From sequence record PP359696.1: a stretch of 64,000 nt of DNA. One strand, written 5' to 3'. The stretch's first letter is position 1. Each line of letters starts with the position of its first letter. This DNA comes from Escherichia phage Ge15. Below the pieces are notes generated by a model, which was given only the letters and a program-made list of their open reading frames with translations, was not told the DNA's origin and did no database searches. Positions 37,998 to 48,537 of this stretch are shown piece by piece. Position numbers and translations under genes: made by a program.

Positions 37998-38324
37998 ATG
38001 ACTATTCAAATTAAAAACGCCATCAATTCTTATGCATATGATAAAGTAGTCTCTTTGCTAGAAAAAGGCAATATTGTAACTCCTCAAATTTTGGATAAAT
38101 GGGAAAAAGAGCTTCATCAGACGATGAAACAGAATGATCAGAAAATTGGGCGCAATACTGTCCGTGAATTGTTGGTTCAATATATCTTGTCAGAATTTGA
38201 TGTTAAAGCTTTTGGTGTAGAATCTAAAGCTTATCAAAAGCATGAAATTTCCGATAAAACTATTCGTCGTATGAAAAACCAACGCAAGAAAAAATTTGCT
38301 GACCTGAAAATTGCTAAGGTATGA
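37998..38324 (+). CDS. hypothetical protein
   Basis: 108-aa ORF with GAGGA RBS. Confidence 0.5.
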   Translation: MTIQIKNAINSYAYDKVVSLLEKGNIVTPQILDKWEKELHQTMKQNDQKIGRNTVRELLVQYILSEFDVKAFGVESKAYQKHEISDKTIRRMKNQRKKKFADLKIAKV

Positions 38325-38542
38325 ATATGAACGAAGCTCTTATTAACGATTTACGTCTTGCCGGATATGAAGTAAATACAAATGGCATTGGTTTAACTCA
38401 AATTGAGGGAAATGGATTCATCCTTGAGTATGAATTTAGCCAATGGTGGTTATATGCCAATTACGGCGAATTGATTGAATACGTTGACCAATTTGATTCA
38501 CTAGATGCAGCTCTTGAAGCGGCTAAGTTGATGAATGTATGA
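38321..38542 (+). CDS. hypothetical protein
   Basis: 73-aa ORF coupled to upstream gene. Confidence 0.5.
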   Translation: MNMNEALINDLRLAGYEVNTNGIGLTQIEGNGFILEYEFSQWWLYANYGELIEYVDQFDSLDAALEAAKLMNV

Positions 38543-38808
38543 AATTTATTAATATTTCTATTACTATTGAAAATTATGGCATTTTCTATGTTGACCAATA
38601 CATGAAAATTTCATTTTTCCCAAATAAGACTGGTGTTGGATATTGGGAAAGCCATGTTTCTGAATTAAATGAAAGTGAATATGTTAGTACACATGAAAAG
38701 TTTTTAGACTTTTTATATCATGCTGATCTAACTAGTCATTATATAGATATTCATGAATTTAAAAAGATGATGGAGAAAGTGTTTCAAGCATACTGTTTAC
38801 TTAGATAA
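38539..38808 (+). CDS. hypothetical protein
   Basis: 89-aa ORF coupled to upstream gene. Confidence 0.5.
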   Translation: MKFINISITIENYGIFYVDQYMKISFFPNKTGVGYWESHVSELNESEYVSTHEKFLDFLYHADLTSHYIDIHEFKKMMEKVFQAYCLLR

Positions 38809-38886
38809 CTGATATCCTCTATGCTTTAAGATAGATCTTCAAATATTATGATATAATAGATCTATGAATTGAGCTAAGAGGTGAAA

Positions 38887-39444
38887 ATGTCAGAAACTAA
38901 GCCTAAATATAATTACGTAAACAATAAAGAGCTTTTACAAGCTATTATTGATTGGAAAACAGAATTAGCAAATAATAAAGACCCAAATAAAGTAGTTCGT
39001 CAGAATGATACTATCGGATTAGCCATTATGCTTATTGCAGAAGGCTTATCTAAACGTTTCAACTTTTCAGGATACACCCAGTCTTGGAAACAAGAAATGA
39101 TTGCAGATGGTATAGAAGCTTCTATTAAGGGGCTTCACAATTTTGATGAAACGAAATATAAAAACCCACATGCATATATAACTCAAGCTTGTTTTAATGC
39201 ATTCGTCCAGCGTATTAAAAAAGAACGTAAGGAAGTTGCAAAGAAATATAGTTACTTCGTTCACAATGTCTATGACAGCCGTGACGACGATATGGTTGCG
39301 TTAGTAGATGAAACTTTTATTCAAGACATCTATGATAAAATGACGCATTACGAAGAATCAACCTATAGAACACCGGGGGCTGAAAAGAAAAGTGTTGTAG
39401 ACGATTCTCCTAGTTTGGATTTTTTATATGAGGCTAACGATTAA
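38887..39444 (+). CDS. 55: late-transcription sigma factor gp55
   Basis: 185-aa ORF from ATG 38887; sequence recognised as T4 gp55. Confidence 0.9.
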
Positions 39445-39646
39445 CCTCTCCGGATTCTTGGAAGAAATACCTGAAGTTGAAGCTATTCCCTATTTACTTA
39501 AAATGTATCTCAGGGAAGTTTTAGCTCTTGACATTGATATTGATCCAGAAAATCCGTATGATACCGCTTTTAAATCTAATGGTGTAGAATTAAACTATCG
39601 GTATCATTTAACAGATGATGATTTTTATTTTATATTAGAGAAATAA
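39428..39646 (+). CDS. hypothetical protein
   Basis: 72-aa ORF. Confidence 0.5.
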
Positions 39647-39647
39647 T

Positions 39648-39965
39648 ATGACTGATAAACCCGAAATTAATGATGAAGTGGAAAAGCTTATTTCTTCTAT
39701 TGAAGAAAAGAACCGTCTTGAAGCAGAAAGAAAAGCAAATAAGTTATTGTCTAAAAACAAACGCGAATTGAACCGTCTTTATAAGCACGCTCAGATTGCA
39801 GCTGAAAACAATAATTTTGCTCAATACGAATATGCTATCAAGAAAAGTCGGGATATTCTAAAACAGCCATATAACGATGAACTCATTAGTATTCTTTGGA
39901 AGACTACTAGATCGCAGATTGAGGATATGATTGATGCTTACACACGTAAAATTCAAGCGTCTTAA
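39648..39965 (+). CDS. hypothetical protein
   Basis: 105-aa ORF. Confidence 0.5.
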   Translation: MTDKPEINDEVEKLISSIEEKNRLEAERKANKLLSKNKRELNRLYKHAQIAAENNNFAQYEYAIKKSRDILKQPYNDELISILWKTTRSQIEDMIDAYTRKIQAS

Positions 39966-40137
39966 AATTAATGCAGGATTTACTGAATCTTTGAATGGTC
40001 ATCTTTGTGTGAAAATTTCTGAAAAAGAATACCATGATAGTTCAATTAAAGAAGTTAATCCTCCTATTGTAAGAGCAGACCCTAATATGAAAGTGTGGGT
40101 TGATTCTTATCAAGTTAAAAAATGGTGGCAACTGTGA
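39934..40137 (+). CDS. hypothetical protein
   Basis: 67-aa ORF from ATG 39934. Confidence 0.45.
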   Translation: MLTHVKFKRLKINAGFTESLNGHLCVKISEKEYHDSSIKEVNPPIVRADPNMKVWVDSYQVKKWWQL

Positions 40138-40140
40138 AAG

Positions 40141-40314
40141 ATGAACATCCAGACTTCTGAAATAGATTATAATAAAATTCGTTCCTCTAAAGTAGAAATG
40201 ATGAGACTCTTTAAAGAGTCTCATGATAAAGCTAAAGCAGAAGGAACTATAACATATAAGCGTATAAAATTTAGAAGCTCTAATGAGCCTCTGTATGGTG
40301 TATTATGCGGATAG
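40141..40314 (+). CDS. hypothetical small protein
   Basis: 57-aa ORF (below track cutoff). Confidence 0.4.
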   Translation: MNIQTSEIDYNKIRSSKVEMMRLFKESHDKAKAEGTITYKRIKFRSSNEPLYGVLCG

Positions 40315-40330
40315 GAGCTTCGGCTCCTAT
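40312..40330 (+). terminator. GC hairpin with UUCG loop (terminator-like)
   Basis: TAGGAGCTTCGGCTCCTA. Confidence 0.5.
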
Positions 40331-40380
40331 ATTGCTTTATAAATTTTTGGTAAAATAAACCAAAACAATGAGGATATTAA

Positions 40381-41583
40381 ATGAAAGTATGTATTTTTAT
40401 GGCTCGAGGTCTTGAAGGTTGCGGCGTAACTAAATTTTCTCTCGAGCAGCGTGATTGGTTTATTAAAAATGGTCATGAAGTAACTTTGGTTTATGCTAAA
40501 GATAAATCATTTACTCGTAATTGCGCGCATGATTATAAATCATTTTCAATTCCGGTTTTATTGGCAAAAGAATACGATAAAACACTTAAGCTGGTAAATG
40601 ATTGTGATATTCTAATTATCAATTCAGTTCCTGCTACTTCAGTAGAAGAAGACACTATTAATAACTATAAAAAAATTATTGATAACATTAAACCTTCGGT
40701 TCGTGTTGTAGTTTATCAACATGACCATTCTTCTCTTTCTTTGCGCCGAAATTTGGGATTAGAAGAAACTGTTCGTCGAGCTGATGTTATTTTTAGTCAT
40801 TCTGATAATGGCGATTTTAATAAAGTTTTGATGAAAGAATGGTATCCAGAAACAGTTTCTCTGTTTGATGATATTGAAGAAGCACCGACTATATACAACT
40901 TTCAGCCTCCTATGGATATTGCGAAGGTTCGATCAACATACTGGAAAGATGTTTCTGAAATTAATATGAATGTCAACCGTTGGATTGGTCGTACGACTAC
41001 ATGGAAAGGCTTTTATCAGATGTTTGATTTTCATGAAAAACATCTTAAACCTGCAGGACTAAGTACTATTATGGAAGGTCTGGAACGTTCTCCAGCGTTC
41101 ATTCCTATTAAAGAAAAAGGAATTCCATACGAGTATTATCGTCTTCATCAAGTAGACCAAATTAAAATTGCTCCTAATTTACCAACGCAAATTCTCGATC
41201 GTTATGTAAATAGCGAAATGCTTGAACGTATGAGTAAATCCGGATTTGGTTATCAGTTGAGTAAGTTGGATAAAAAATATCTACAACGTTCTTTAGAATA
41301 TACTCATCTCGAGCTTGGTGCATGTGGAACAATTCCGGTATTTTGGAAATCTACTGGCGAAAATTTAAAATTCCGTGTTGATAATACTCCTTTGACCTCG
41401 CATGATAGCGGTATCATTTGGTTTGATGAAAATGATATGGAATCAACATTCGAGCGTATTAAAGAACTGTCATCTGACCGAGCTCTTTATGACCGTGAGC
41501 GAGAAAAAGCGTATGAATTTTTGTATCAACATCAAGATTCAAGCTTCTGCTTTAAAGAACAGTTTGACATTATTACAAAATAA
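40381..41583 (+). CDS. agt: DNA alpha-glucosyltransferase
   Basis: 400-aa ORF MKVCIFMARGLEGCGVTKFSLEQRDWFIKNGHEVTLVYAKDKSF..., recognised as T4 Agt. Confidence 0.95.
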   Translation: MKVCIFMARGLEGCGVTKFSLEQRDWFIKNGHEVTLVYAKDKSFTRNCAHDYKSFSIPVLLAKEYDKTLKLVNDCDILIINSVPATSVEEDTINNYKKIIDNIKPSVRVVVYQHDHSSLSLRRNLGLEETVRRADVIFSHSDNGDFNKVLMKEWYPETVSLFDDIEEAPTIYNFQPPMDIAKVRSTYWKDVSEINMNVNRWIGRTTTWKGFYQMFDFHEKHLKPAGLSTIMEGLERSPAFIPIKEKGIPYEYYRLHQVDQIKIAPNLPTQILDRYVNSEMLERMSKSGFGYQLSKLDKKYLQRSLEYTHLELGACGTIPVFWKSTGENLKFRVDNTPLTSHDSGIIWFDENDMESTFERIKELSSDRALYDREREKAYEFLYQHQDSSFCFKEQFDIITK

Positions 41584-41599
41584 AGGGCTTCGGCCCTTT
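41582..41599 (+). terminator. rho-independent terminator
   Basis: AAAGGGCTTCGGCCCTTT hairpin. Confidence 0.65.
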
Positions 41600-41622
41600 A
41601 GCTTTATATGGAGTTTGATATA

Positions 41623-41763
41623 ATGATATTTCTTGGATATGTGATACTTTTTCTTGCATTTTATCTATTCACTAGAGCGTGCTGGATTGGGTTCTTTAGC
41701 ACACCAGATGGGTTTATTTCAATAATTTTATTTTGCATTTCAATGACGGTTCTTGATATATGA
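41623..41763 (+). CDS. small hydrophobic protein
   Basis: 46-aa ORF (below track cutoff), stop overlaps gene 47 start. Confidence 0.4.
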   Translation: MIFLGYVILFLAFYLFTRACWIGFFSTPDGFISIILFCISMTVLDI

Positions 41764-42779
41764 AAATTTTAAATTTAGGTGATTGGCATTTAGGCGTTAA
41801 AGCCGATGATGAGTGGGTTCAATCCATTCAGTTGGATGGAATTAAACAAGCAATAGAATATTCTAAGAAAAATGGAATTACTACCTGGATTCAATACGGC
41901 GATATTTTTGATGTGCGAAAAGCAATCACACATAAAACTATGGAGTTTGCTCGTGAAATAGTTCAAATGCTTGATGATGCTGGTATTACCCTACATACTG
42001 TTGTAGGAAACCATGATATGCACTTTAAAAATACTTTAACTCCAAATGCCTCTACTGAGCTTTTGGCTAAATATCCTAATGTTAAAGTATATGATAAGCC
42101 TACTACAGTCGATTTTGACGGATGTTTAATTGATTTAATTCCTTGGATGTGCGAAGAAAATACTGGTGAAATTCTTGAGCACATCAAAACTTCATCTGCT
42201 TCTTTTTGTGTTGGTCACTGGGAACTGAATGGATTTTATTTTTATAAAGGAATGAAATCTCACGGTCTTGAACCTGATTTCCTTAAGACTTATAAAGAGG
42301 TGTGGTCTGGTCACTTCCATACTATCTCTGAGGCTGCTAACGTCAGATATATTGGGACACCATGGACACTAACTGCAGGTGACGAGAATGACCCTCGTGG
42401 GTTCTGGATGTTTGATACAGAAACAGAACGAATGGAATTTATTCCAAACAATACTACCTGGCATCGTAGAATTCATTATCCATTTAAAGGAAAAATTGAC
42501 TATAAAGATTTTACAAATCTATCAGTACGTGTTATAGTAACTGAGGTAGACAAAAATCTGACGAAGTTCGAATCTGAACTAGAAAAAGTTGTGCATTCAT
42601 TACGAGTTGTGTCAAAAATTGATAACTCTGTCGAGTCAGATGAAAGTGAAGAAGTTGAAGTTCAATCTCTTCAGACGTTGATGGAAGAATACATTAATGC
42701 AATTCCAGACATCACTGATTCTGACCGTGAAGCACTTATTCAATATGCGAATCAGCTATATGTAGAGGCAACACAATGA
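41760..42779 (+). CDS. 47: recombination endonuclease subunit gp47 (Mre11-like)
   Basis: 339-aa ORF with phosphoesterase motifs (GDWH, GDIFD, GNHD); T4 gp47 size. Confidence 0.92.
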   Translation: MKILNLGDWHLGVKADDEWVQSIQLDGIKQAIEYSKKNGITTWIQYGDIFDVRKAITHKTMEFAREIVQMLDDAGITLHTVVGNHDMHFKNTLTPNASTELLAKYPNVKVYDKPTTVDFDGCLIDLIPWMCEENTGEILEHIKTSSASFCVGHWELNGFYFYKGMKSHGLEPDFLKTYKEVWSGHFHTISEAANVRYIGTPWTLTAGDENDPRGFWMFDTETERMEFIPNNTTWHRRIHYPFKGKIDYKDFTNLSVRVIVTEVDKNLTKFESELEKVVHSLRVVSKIDNSVESDESEEVEVQSLQTLMEEYINAIPDITDSDREALIQYANQLYVEATQ

Positions 42780-43039
42780 CTTTTGATGAATTTAAAAATG
42801 TTATGATGAGTCAGCATTTTGAATGCGAAGTAAAAGATGATATTGGGCATAAAGAAATTATTGAATATTGGTTTGAACCGCTAGAGGTTGAAGATAATTG
42901 TATTAAAAAGGTCACGGTCTGCACTGACTGGGCTGTATCTTTTAACTTCAACATTTTAGATAATGACACACCTAAATCATTACAAGATATGGCTGTATCT
43001 TGTATTAAGGATGCATACTGTGAAGTTTTCGACATTTGA
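42776..43039 (+). CDS. hypothetical protein (46.x position)
   Basis: 87-aa ORF coupled to gene 47. Confidence 0.5.
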   Translation: MTFDEFKNVMMSQHFECEVKDDIGHKEIIEYWFEPLEVEDNCIKKVTVCTDWAVSFNFNILDNDTPKSLQDMAVSCIKDAYCEVFDI

Positions 43040-43226
43040 CATTAACGATGAATTCATAGCAAATATTGATTACACCGAAGAAGATTCTAGATATGTTGGA
43101 ATAATTTATATCACATCAAAAGCAGCACAAGGTGTTGTTTGCATGGCTGAATTTGATGAATACTTTTTAGATTATGATGATATGATAGAATGGTCTAAAA
43201 GATACATTAAAAGGAATCTTTTGTGA
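43011..43226 (+). CDS. hypothetical protein (46.x position)
   Basis: ORF ending at gene 46 start; start codon uncertain (ATG 43011 or upstream 42963). Confidence 0.4.
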   Translation: MHTVKFSTFDINDEFIANIDYTEEDSRYVGIIYITSKAAQGVVCMAEFDEYFLDYDDMIEWSKRYIKRNLL

Positions 43227-44905
43227 AGAATTTTAAACTAAACCGAGTTAGGTATCAAAATATAATGTCAGTAGGTGGAAATCCTATTGACATTCAACTA
43301 GATAAGGTTCAAAAAACTCTTATTACTGGACGAAATGGCGGTGGTAAGTCTACTATGTTAGAAGCCATCACATTTGGGCTTTTTGGCAAGCCATTTCGTG
43401 ATGTAAAGAAAGGTCAATTAATAAACAGCACAAATAAGAAAGAACTTTTAGTTGAACTGTGGATGGAATATGATGAGAAAAAGTACTATATCAAAAGAGG
43501 ACAAAAACCAAACGTTTTCGAAATCACCGTTAACGGTACACGTCTTAATGAATCTGCCAGCAGTAAAGATTTCCAAGCAGAATTTGAACAGCTTATCGGA
43601 ATGTCATATGCCAGTTTCAAGCAGATTGTTGTCCTTGGTACAGCAGGGTATACCCCTTTCATGGGTTTGTCGACCCCTGCGCGAAGAAAGCTTGTGGAAG
43701 ACCTGCTCGAGGTAGGAACATTAGCTGAAATGGATAAGCTTAATAAAGCACTAATACGTGAATTAAATTCACAAAACCAAGTGCTTGACGTTAAAAAAGA
43801 TAGTATTATCCAACAAATTAAAATATATAATGATAACGTTGAACGCCAGAAAAAATTAACCGGTGATAACCTTACTCGTCTGCAGAATATGTATGATGAT
43901 TTGGCTAAAGAAGCACGTTCATTAAAGTCCGAAATAGAAGAAGCCAATGAAAGATTAGTTAATATTGTTTTGGATGAAGACCCGACTGATGCATTCAATA
44001 AAATAGGTCAAGAAGCATTTTTAATTAAATCAAAAATTGACTCATATAATAAAGTCATTAATATGTATCACGAAGGTGGATTATGTCCAACCTGTTTGTC
44101 ACAATTAAGTTCCGGTGATAAAGTTGTTTCTAAAATTAAAGATAAAGTTTCTGAATGCACACATTCGTTTGAACAGCTTTCAGCACACCGTGATAATTTA
44201 AAAGTTCTTGTTGATGAATATCGAGATAATATCAAGACTCAGCAGTCATTGGCAAATGATATTCGCAATAAAAAGCAAACTTTAATTACTACAGTCGATA
44301 AAGCTAAAAAAGTTAAAGCAGCTATAGAAAAAGCATCTTCTGAGTTTATTGACCATGCTGATGAAATAGCACTGCTTCAAGAAGAACTTGATAAAATTGT
44401 TAAGACAAAAACTAATTTAGTAATGGAAAAATACCACCGAGGAATTTTGACTGATATGCTCAAAGATTCTGGTATTAAAGGTGCTATTATTAAAAAGTAC
44501 ATTCCATTATTTAATAAGCAGATTAACCATTATCTTAAAATAATGGAAGCGGATTATGTGTTTACATTAGATGAAGAATTTAATGAGACAATTAAATCCC
44601 GTGGTCGTGAAGATTTTAGTTATGCTTCATTTAGTGAAGGTGAAAAGGCAAGAATTGATATTGCTCTTTTATTTACTTGGCGTGATATTGCTTCTATTGT
44701 ATCTGGTGTTAGTATTAGTACATTAATACTCGATGAAGTGTTTGATGGGTCATTTGACGCCGAAGGTATTAAAGGTGTAGCTAATATTATAAATTCAATG
44801 AAAAACACTAATGTTTTTATAATTTCGCATAAAGACCATGACCCGCAAGAATATGGTCAGCATCTTCAAATGAAGAAAGTTGGTCGATTTACTGTAATGG
44901 TTTAA
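43223..44905 (+). CDS. 46: recombination endonuclease subunit gp46 (Rad50-like ATPase)
   Basis: 560-aa ORF with Walker A GRNGGGKST, zinc hook CPTC, coiled coil and Walker B LILDEVFD. Confidence 0.93.
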   Translation: MKNFKLNRVRYQNIMSVGGNPIDIQLDKVQKTLITGRNGGGKSTMLEAITFGLFGKPFRDVKKGQLINSTNKKELLVELWMEYDEKKYYIKRGQKPNVFEITVNGTRLNESASSKDFQAEFEQLIGMSYASFKQIVVLGTAGYTPFMGLSTPARRKLVEDLLEVGTLAEMDKLNKALIRELNSQNQVLDVKKDSIIQQIKIYNDNVERQKKLTGDNLTRLQNMYDDLAKEARSLKSEIEEANERLVNIVLDEDPTDAFNKIGQEAFLIKSKIDSYNKVINMYHEGGLCPTCLSQLSSGDKVVSKIKDKVSECTHSFEQLSAHRDNLKVLVDEYRDNIKTQQSLANDIRNKKQTLITTVDKAKKVKAAIEKASSEFIDHADEIALLQEELDKIVKTKTNLVMEKYHRGILTDMLKDSGIKGAIIKKYIPLFNKQINHYLKIMEADYVFTLDEEFNETIKSRGREDFSYASFSEGEKARIDIALLFTWRDIASIVSGVSISTLILDEVFDGSFDAEGIKGVANIINSMKNTNVFIISHKDHDPQEYGQHLQMKKVGRFTVMV

Positions 44906-44960
44906 TTTATAAGAGATTATGCTTTAATTTATTAGAGTATAATCTCTATGGAGGAAAAAC

Positions 44961-45149
44961 ATGGAATATTCAACTGGACAGCATTTATTAACTTTTCCTG
45001 AAATAAAACGATATATTCTGAGAAATAATTTTTCTAATGAAGAGCATATAGTTACTGAATCTATGCTTAGGAATGCATTTAAAGCAGAATATACAAAAAT
45101 AATGTCCAATAGAAATGAAGCTTGGACTGTTACTGATTATTATGACTAA
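44961..45149 (+). CDS. 45.2: gp45.2
   Basis: 62-aa ORF between 46 and rpbA; size matches T4 45.2. Confidence 0.7.
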   Translation: MEYSTGQHLLTFPEIKRYILRNNFSNEEHIVTESMLRNAFKAEYTKIMSNRNEAWTVTDYYD

Positions 45150-45158
45150 AGGTGTATT

Positions 45159-45548
45159 ATGACTAAAATTACTGTGAATTATACTGTTGATGTAAAAGAT
45201 ATTCAGCCAAAACACGTGCGTTCTGAATCAAATCCACAAAACCAAAATAAAATTCGTCGCGCATGGGTTTTGTCTCTTTCTGATAACGCAATGGAAGTTA
45301 TTCAGAACAAAATTAAATCTGCACCTGCTCGTCATGCGTATTATGAAGCTATCGATCGTGAAGTAAGTAATAAATGGATTGAACTAATGCGCAAACATAC
45401 TGCAGAATCCCTAAACGCCGGTGCTAAATTTATTATGACTTCATGTGGTGAACGCCTTGAAGATGAATATTGCGGTAATGCAGATGAACGCCTAATTGTT
45501 GCTGCTCAAATTGTTGCTGAAACAATTGCGGCTGATTTTAATCGTTAA
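45159..45548 (+). CDS. rpbA: RNA polymerase binding protein RpbA
   Basis: 129-aa ORF immediately upstream of gene 45. Confidence 0.8.
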   Translation: MTKITVNYTVDVKDIQPKHVRSESNPQNQNKIRRAWVLSLSDNAMEVIQNKIKSAPARHAYYEAIDREVSNKWIELMRKHTAESLNAGAKFIMTSCGERLEDEYCGNADERLIVAAQIVAETIAADFNR

Positions 45549-45603
45549 TTGCTTTATTAAATTAGTTATAAAATTAAATCTCATTTGAATTGAAGGAAAT
45601 TAC

Positions 45604-46290
45604 ATGAAACTGTCTAAAGATACTACTGCTTTGCTTAAAAATTTCGCTACTATTAACTCCGGTATTATGCTTAAATCTGGTCAATTTATTATGACTCGTG
45701 CAGTTAATGGTACAACTTATGCGGAAGCAAATATTTCTGACGTTATTGATTTTGATGTAGCAATTTACGATTTGAACGGTTTTCTCGGTATTCTGTCGCT
45801 AGTTAATGATGATGCAGAAATTTCCCAGTCAGAAGATGGAAATATTAAAATTGCTGATGCTCGTTCAACAATTTTTTGGCCAGCAGCCGATCCGAGTACA
45901 GTAGTTGCTCCTAATAAACCAATTCCATTTCCGGTAGCATCTGTTGTTACTGAAATTAAAGCTGAAGACCTTCAACAACTGTTGCGTGTATCTCGTGGTC
46001 TGCAAATTGATACAATTGCTATCACGGTAAAAGAAGGTAAAATCGTAATTAACGGTTTTAATAAAGTAGAAGATTCTGCTCTGACCCGTGTTAAATATTC
46101 TTTGACTCTTGGTGATTATGATGGTGAAAATACATTTAATTTCATTATCAATATGGCAAATATGAAAATGCAACCAGGAAATTATAAACTTCTGCTCTGG
46201 GCAAAAGGTAAACAAGGTGCTGCTAAATTTGAAGGTGAACATGCGAATTATGTAGTAGCTCTTGAAGCTGATTCTACCCACGATTTTTAA
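45604..46290 (+). CDS. 45: sliding clamp gp45
   Basis: 228-aa ORF, T4 gp45 size and position. Confidence 0.92.
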   Translation: MKLSKDTTALLKNFATINSGIMLKSGQFIMTRAVNGTTYAEANISDVIDFDVAIYDLNGFLGILSLVNDDAEISQSEDGNIKIADARSTIFWPAADPSTVVAPNKPIPFPVASVVTEIKAEDLQQLLRVSRGLQIDTIAITVKEGKIVINGFNKVEDSALTRVKYSLTLGDYDGENTFNFIINMANMKMQPGNYKLLLWAKGKQGAAKFEGEHANYVVALEADSTHDF

Positions 46291-46293
46291 TAG

Positions 46294-46307
46294 AGGGCTT
46301 CGGCCCT
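46294..46307 (+). terminator. GC hairpin with UUCG loop (terminator-like)
   Basis: AGGGCTTCGGCCCT after gene 45. Confidence 0.55.
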
Positions 46308-46341
46308 TTATAATTTACACTAAAACTTGAATGAGGAAATT

Positions 46342-47301
46342 ATGATTACCGTAAATGAAAAAGAACACATTCTTGAACAGAAATATCGTCCATCTACTAT
46401 CGATGAATGTATTCTTCCCGCCTTTGATAAAGAAACCTTTAAATCTATTACAAGTAAAGGTAAGATTCCACATATTATTCTTCATTCTCCTTCTCCAGGA
46501 ACAGGTAAAACAACTGTAGCAAAAGCATTGTGTCATGATGTAAATGCTGATATGATGTTTGTAAATGGATCAGACTGTAAAATTGATTTCGTTCGTGGTC
46601 CTTTAACTAATTTTGCGAGTGCAGCTTCATTTGATGGTCGTCAAAAAGTAATCGTTATTGATGAATTTGACCGCTCAGGTTTAGCAGAATCTCAGCGACA
46701 TCTTCGTTCCTTTATGGAAGCTTATAGTTCAAACTGTAGTATTATTATTACTGCTAACAATATTGATGGTATTATTAAACCACTTCAGTCACGCTGCCGA
46801 GTTATTACGTTCGGTCAACCGACCGATGAAGATAAAATTGAAATGATGAAGCAGATGATTCGTCGATTGACTGAAATCTGTAAACATGAAGGTATTGCTA
46901 TAGCTGATATGAAAGTTGTAGCAGCTTTGGTTAAAAAGAATTTTCCTGATTTTCGTAAAACTATTGGCGAGCTCGATAGTTATTCATCTAAAGGTGTTTT
47001 GGATGCTGGTATTTTATCACTGGTTACTAACGATCGTGGTGCTATTGATGATGTTCTTGAGTCTCTCAAAAATAAAGATGTTAAACAACTCAGAGCTTTA
47101 GCACCAAAATATGCGGCTGATTATTCGTGGTTCGTTGGTAAACTTGCCGAAGAAATCTATACACGCGTAACTCCACAAAGTATTATTCGTATGTATGAAA
47201 TTGTTGGTGAAAATAACCAGTATCACGGAATTGCGGCTAATACGGAATTACATTTAGCATATCTTTTCATTCAATTGGCATGCGAAATGCAGTGGAAGTG
47301 A
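46342..47301 (+). CDS. 44: clamp loader large subunit gp44 (AAA+)
   Basis: 319-aa ORF from ATG 46342 (RBS GAGGAAA); Walker [11 protein letters not shown], Walker B VIVIDEFD. Confidence 0.92.
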   Translation: MITVNEKEHILEQKYRPSTIDECILPAFDKETFKSITSKGKIPHIILHSPSPGTGKTTVAKALCHDVNADMMFVNGSDCKIDFVRGPLTNFASAASFDGRQKVIVIDEFDRSGLAESQRHLRSFMEAYSSNCSIIITANNIDGIIKPLQSRCRVITFGQPTDEDKIEMMKQMIRRLTEICKHEGIAIADMKVVAALVKKNFPDFRKTIGELDSYSSKGVLDAGILSLVTNDRGAIDDVLESLKNKDVKQLRALAPKYAADYSWFVGKLAEEIYTRVTPQSIIRMYEIVGENNQYHGIAANTELHLAYLFIQLACEMQWK

Positions 47302-47302
47302 T

Positions 47303-47866
47303 ATGAGCTTATTTGAAGATGATATTCAATTAAACGAGCATCAAGTTGCTTGGTATTCAAAAGATTGGACAGCTGTCCAATCTGCTGCTGATTCTTTTAA
47401 AGAAAAAGCTGAAAATGAGTTTTTTGAAATAATTGGAGCTATTAATAATAAAACTAAATGCTCTATTGCTCAAAAAGATTATTCAAAATACATGGTTGAG
47501 AATGCATTATCACAATTTCCTGAATGCATGCCAGCTGTATATGCTATGAATTTAATTGGATCAGGTTTAAGCGATGAAGCCCATTTTAATTACCTGATGG
47601 CTGCTGTTCCTCGGGGTAAAAGATATGGTAAATGGGCAAAACTGGTCGAAGATTCTACTGAAGTATTGATTATTAAGTTACTTGCTAAGCGGTATCAAGT
47701 TAATACAAATGATGCAATTAACTATAAATCAATTCTTACTAAAAATGGAAAACTTCCTTTAGTATTAAAAGAACTAAAAGGTTTAGTCACGGATGATTTT
47801 TTAAAAGAAGTGACTAAGAATGTAAAAGAACAGAAACAACTCAAAAAACTAGCATTGGAATGGTAA
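47303..47866 (+). CDS. 62: clamp loader small subunit gp62
   Basis: 187-aa ORF between 44 and regA. Confidence 0.9.
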   Translation: MSLFEDDIQLNEHQVAWYSKDWTAVQSAADSFKEKAENEFFEIIGAINNKTKCSIAQKDYSKYMVENALSQFPECMPAVYAMNLIGSGLSDEAHFNYLMAAVPRGKRYGKWAKLVEDSTEVLIIKLLAKRYQVNTNDAINYKSILTKNGKLPLVLKELKGLVTDDFLKEVTKNVKEQKQLKKLALEW

Positions 47867-47867
47867 A

Positions 47868-48236
47868 ATGATTGAAATTACTCTTAAAAAACCTGAAGAT
47901 TTTCTGAAAGTAAAAGAAACTTTGACTCGTATGGGAATTGCTAATAATAAAGATAAAGTTCTGTATCAGTCCTGCCACATTCTTCAGAAAAAAGGACTAT
48001 ACTATATCGTTCATTTTAAAGAAATGCTTCGTATGGATGGCCGTCAGGTTGAAATGACAGAAGAAGATGAAGTTCGTCGTGATTCGATTGCGTGGCTGTT
48101 AGAAGATTGGGGACTGATTGAAATCGTTCCTGGTCAAAGAACTTTTATGAAAGATTTAACCAATAACTTCCGAGTTATTTCTTTTAAACAAAAACATGAA
48201 TGGAAACTCGTTCCTAAATATACGATTGGTAATTAA
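47868..48236 (+). CDS. regA: translational repressor RegA
   Basis: 122-aa ORF, T4 RegA size and position. Confidence 0.9.
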   Translation: MIEITLKKPEDFLKVKETLTRMGIANNKDKVLYQSCHILQKKGLYYIVHFKEMLRMDGRQVEMTEEDEVRRDSIAWLLEDWGLIEIVPGQRTFMKDLTNNFRVISFKQKHEWKLVPKYTIGN

Positions 48237-48237
48237 T

Positions 48238-48459
48238 ATGACTGCTATAACTCCGCAAGAATACATGGCGTCTCTTAAAGAAAAATATAATCTTTCTGCA
48301 ACAGAAACACTTTTTGATTTACCAGAAAACCTCCAACTAAAATTTCAGGTAGAATTTCAAAAATTAGTTCACCCAGAACAAAAACACTTTACCGCAGTGG
48401 TTAAGTCAATTAATGCAGATGGATTAACAATTTTTCACCGACAACTGGTATTAATTTAA
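48238..48459 (+). CDS. hypothetical protein between regA and gene 43
   Basis: 73-aa ORF from ATG 48238, followed by a terminator hairpin. Confidence 0.45.
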   Translation: MTAITPQEYMASLKEKYNLSATETLFDLPENLQLKFQVEFQKLVHPEQKHFTAVVKSINADGLTIFHRQLVLI

Positions 48460-48461
48460 GC

Positions 48462-48479
48462 AAGGGGCTTCGGCCCCTT
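48462..48479 (+). terminator. GC hairpin with UUCG loop (terminator)
   Basis: AAGGGGCTTCGGCCCCTT. Confidence 0.65.
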
Positions 48480-48499
48480 ATTTGGAGTATAATATATCA

Positions 48500-48537
48500 A
48501 GAGCCTAATAACTCGGGCTATAAACTAAGGAATATCT
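48500..48537 (+). promoter_or_regulatory. gene 43 translational operator (autoregulatory hairpin plus SD)
   Basis: GAGCCTAATAACTCGGGCT hairpin followed by AAGGAA RBS; gp43 is known to repress its own translation at such a site in T4. Confidence 0.5.

Noticed and set aside
43486-43998. 170-aa minus-strand ORF
   Set aside because: Lies entirely antisense within gene 46; low-complexity Ser/Leu-rich translation and no RBS, so an antisense artefact.
45865-46281. 138-aa minus-strand ORF
   Set aside because: Antisense to sliding clamp gene 45, no RBS or promoter context.
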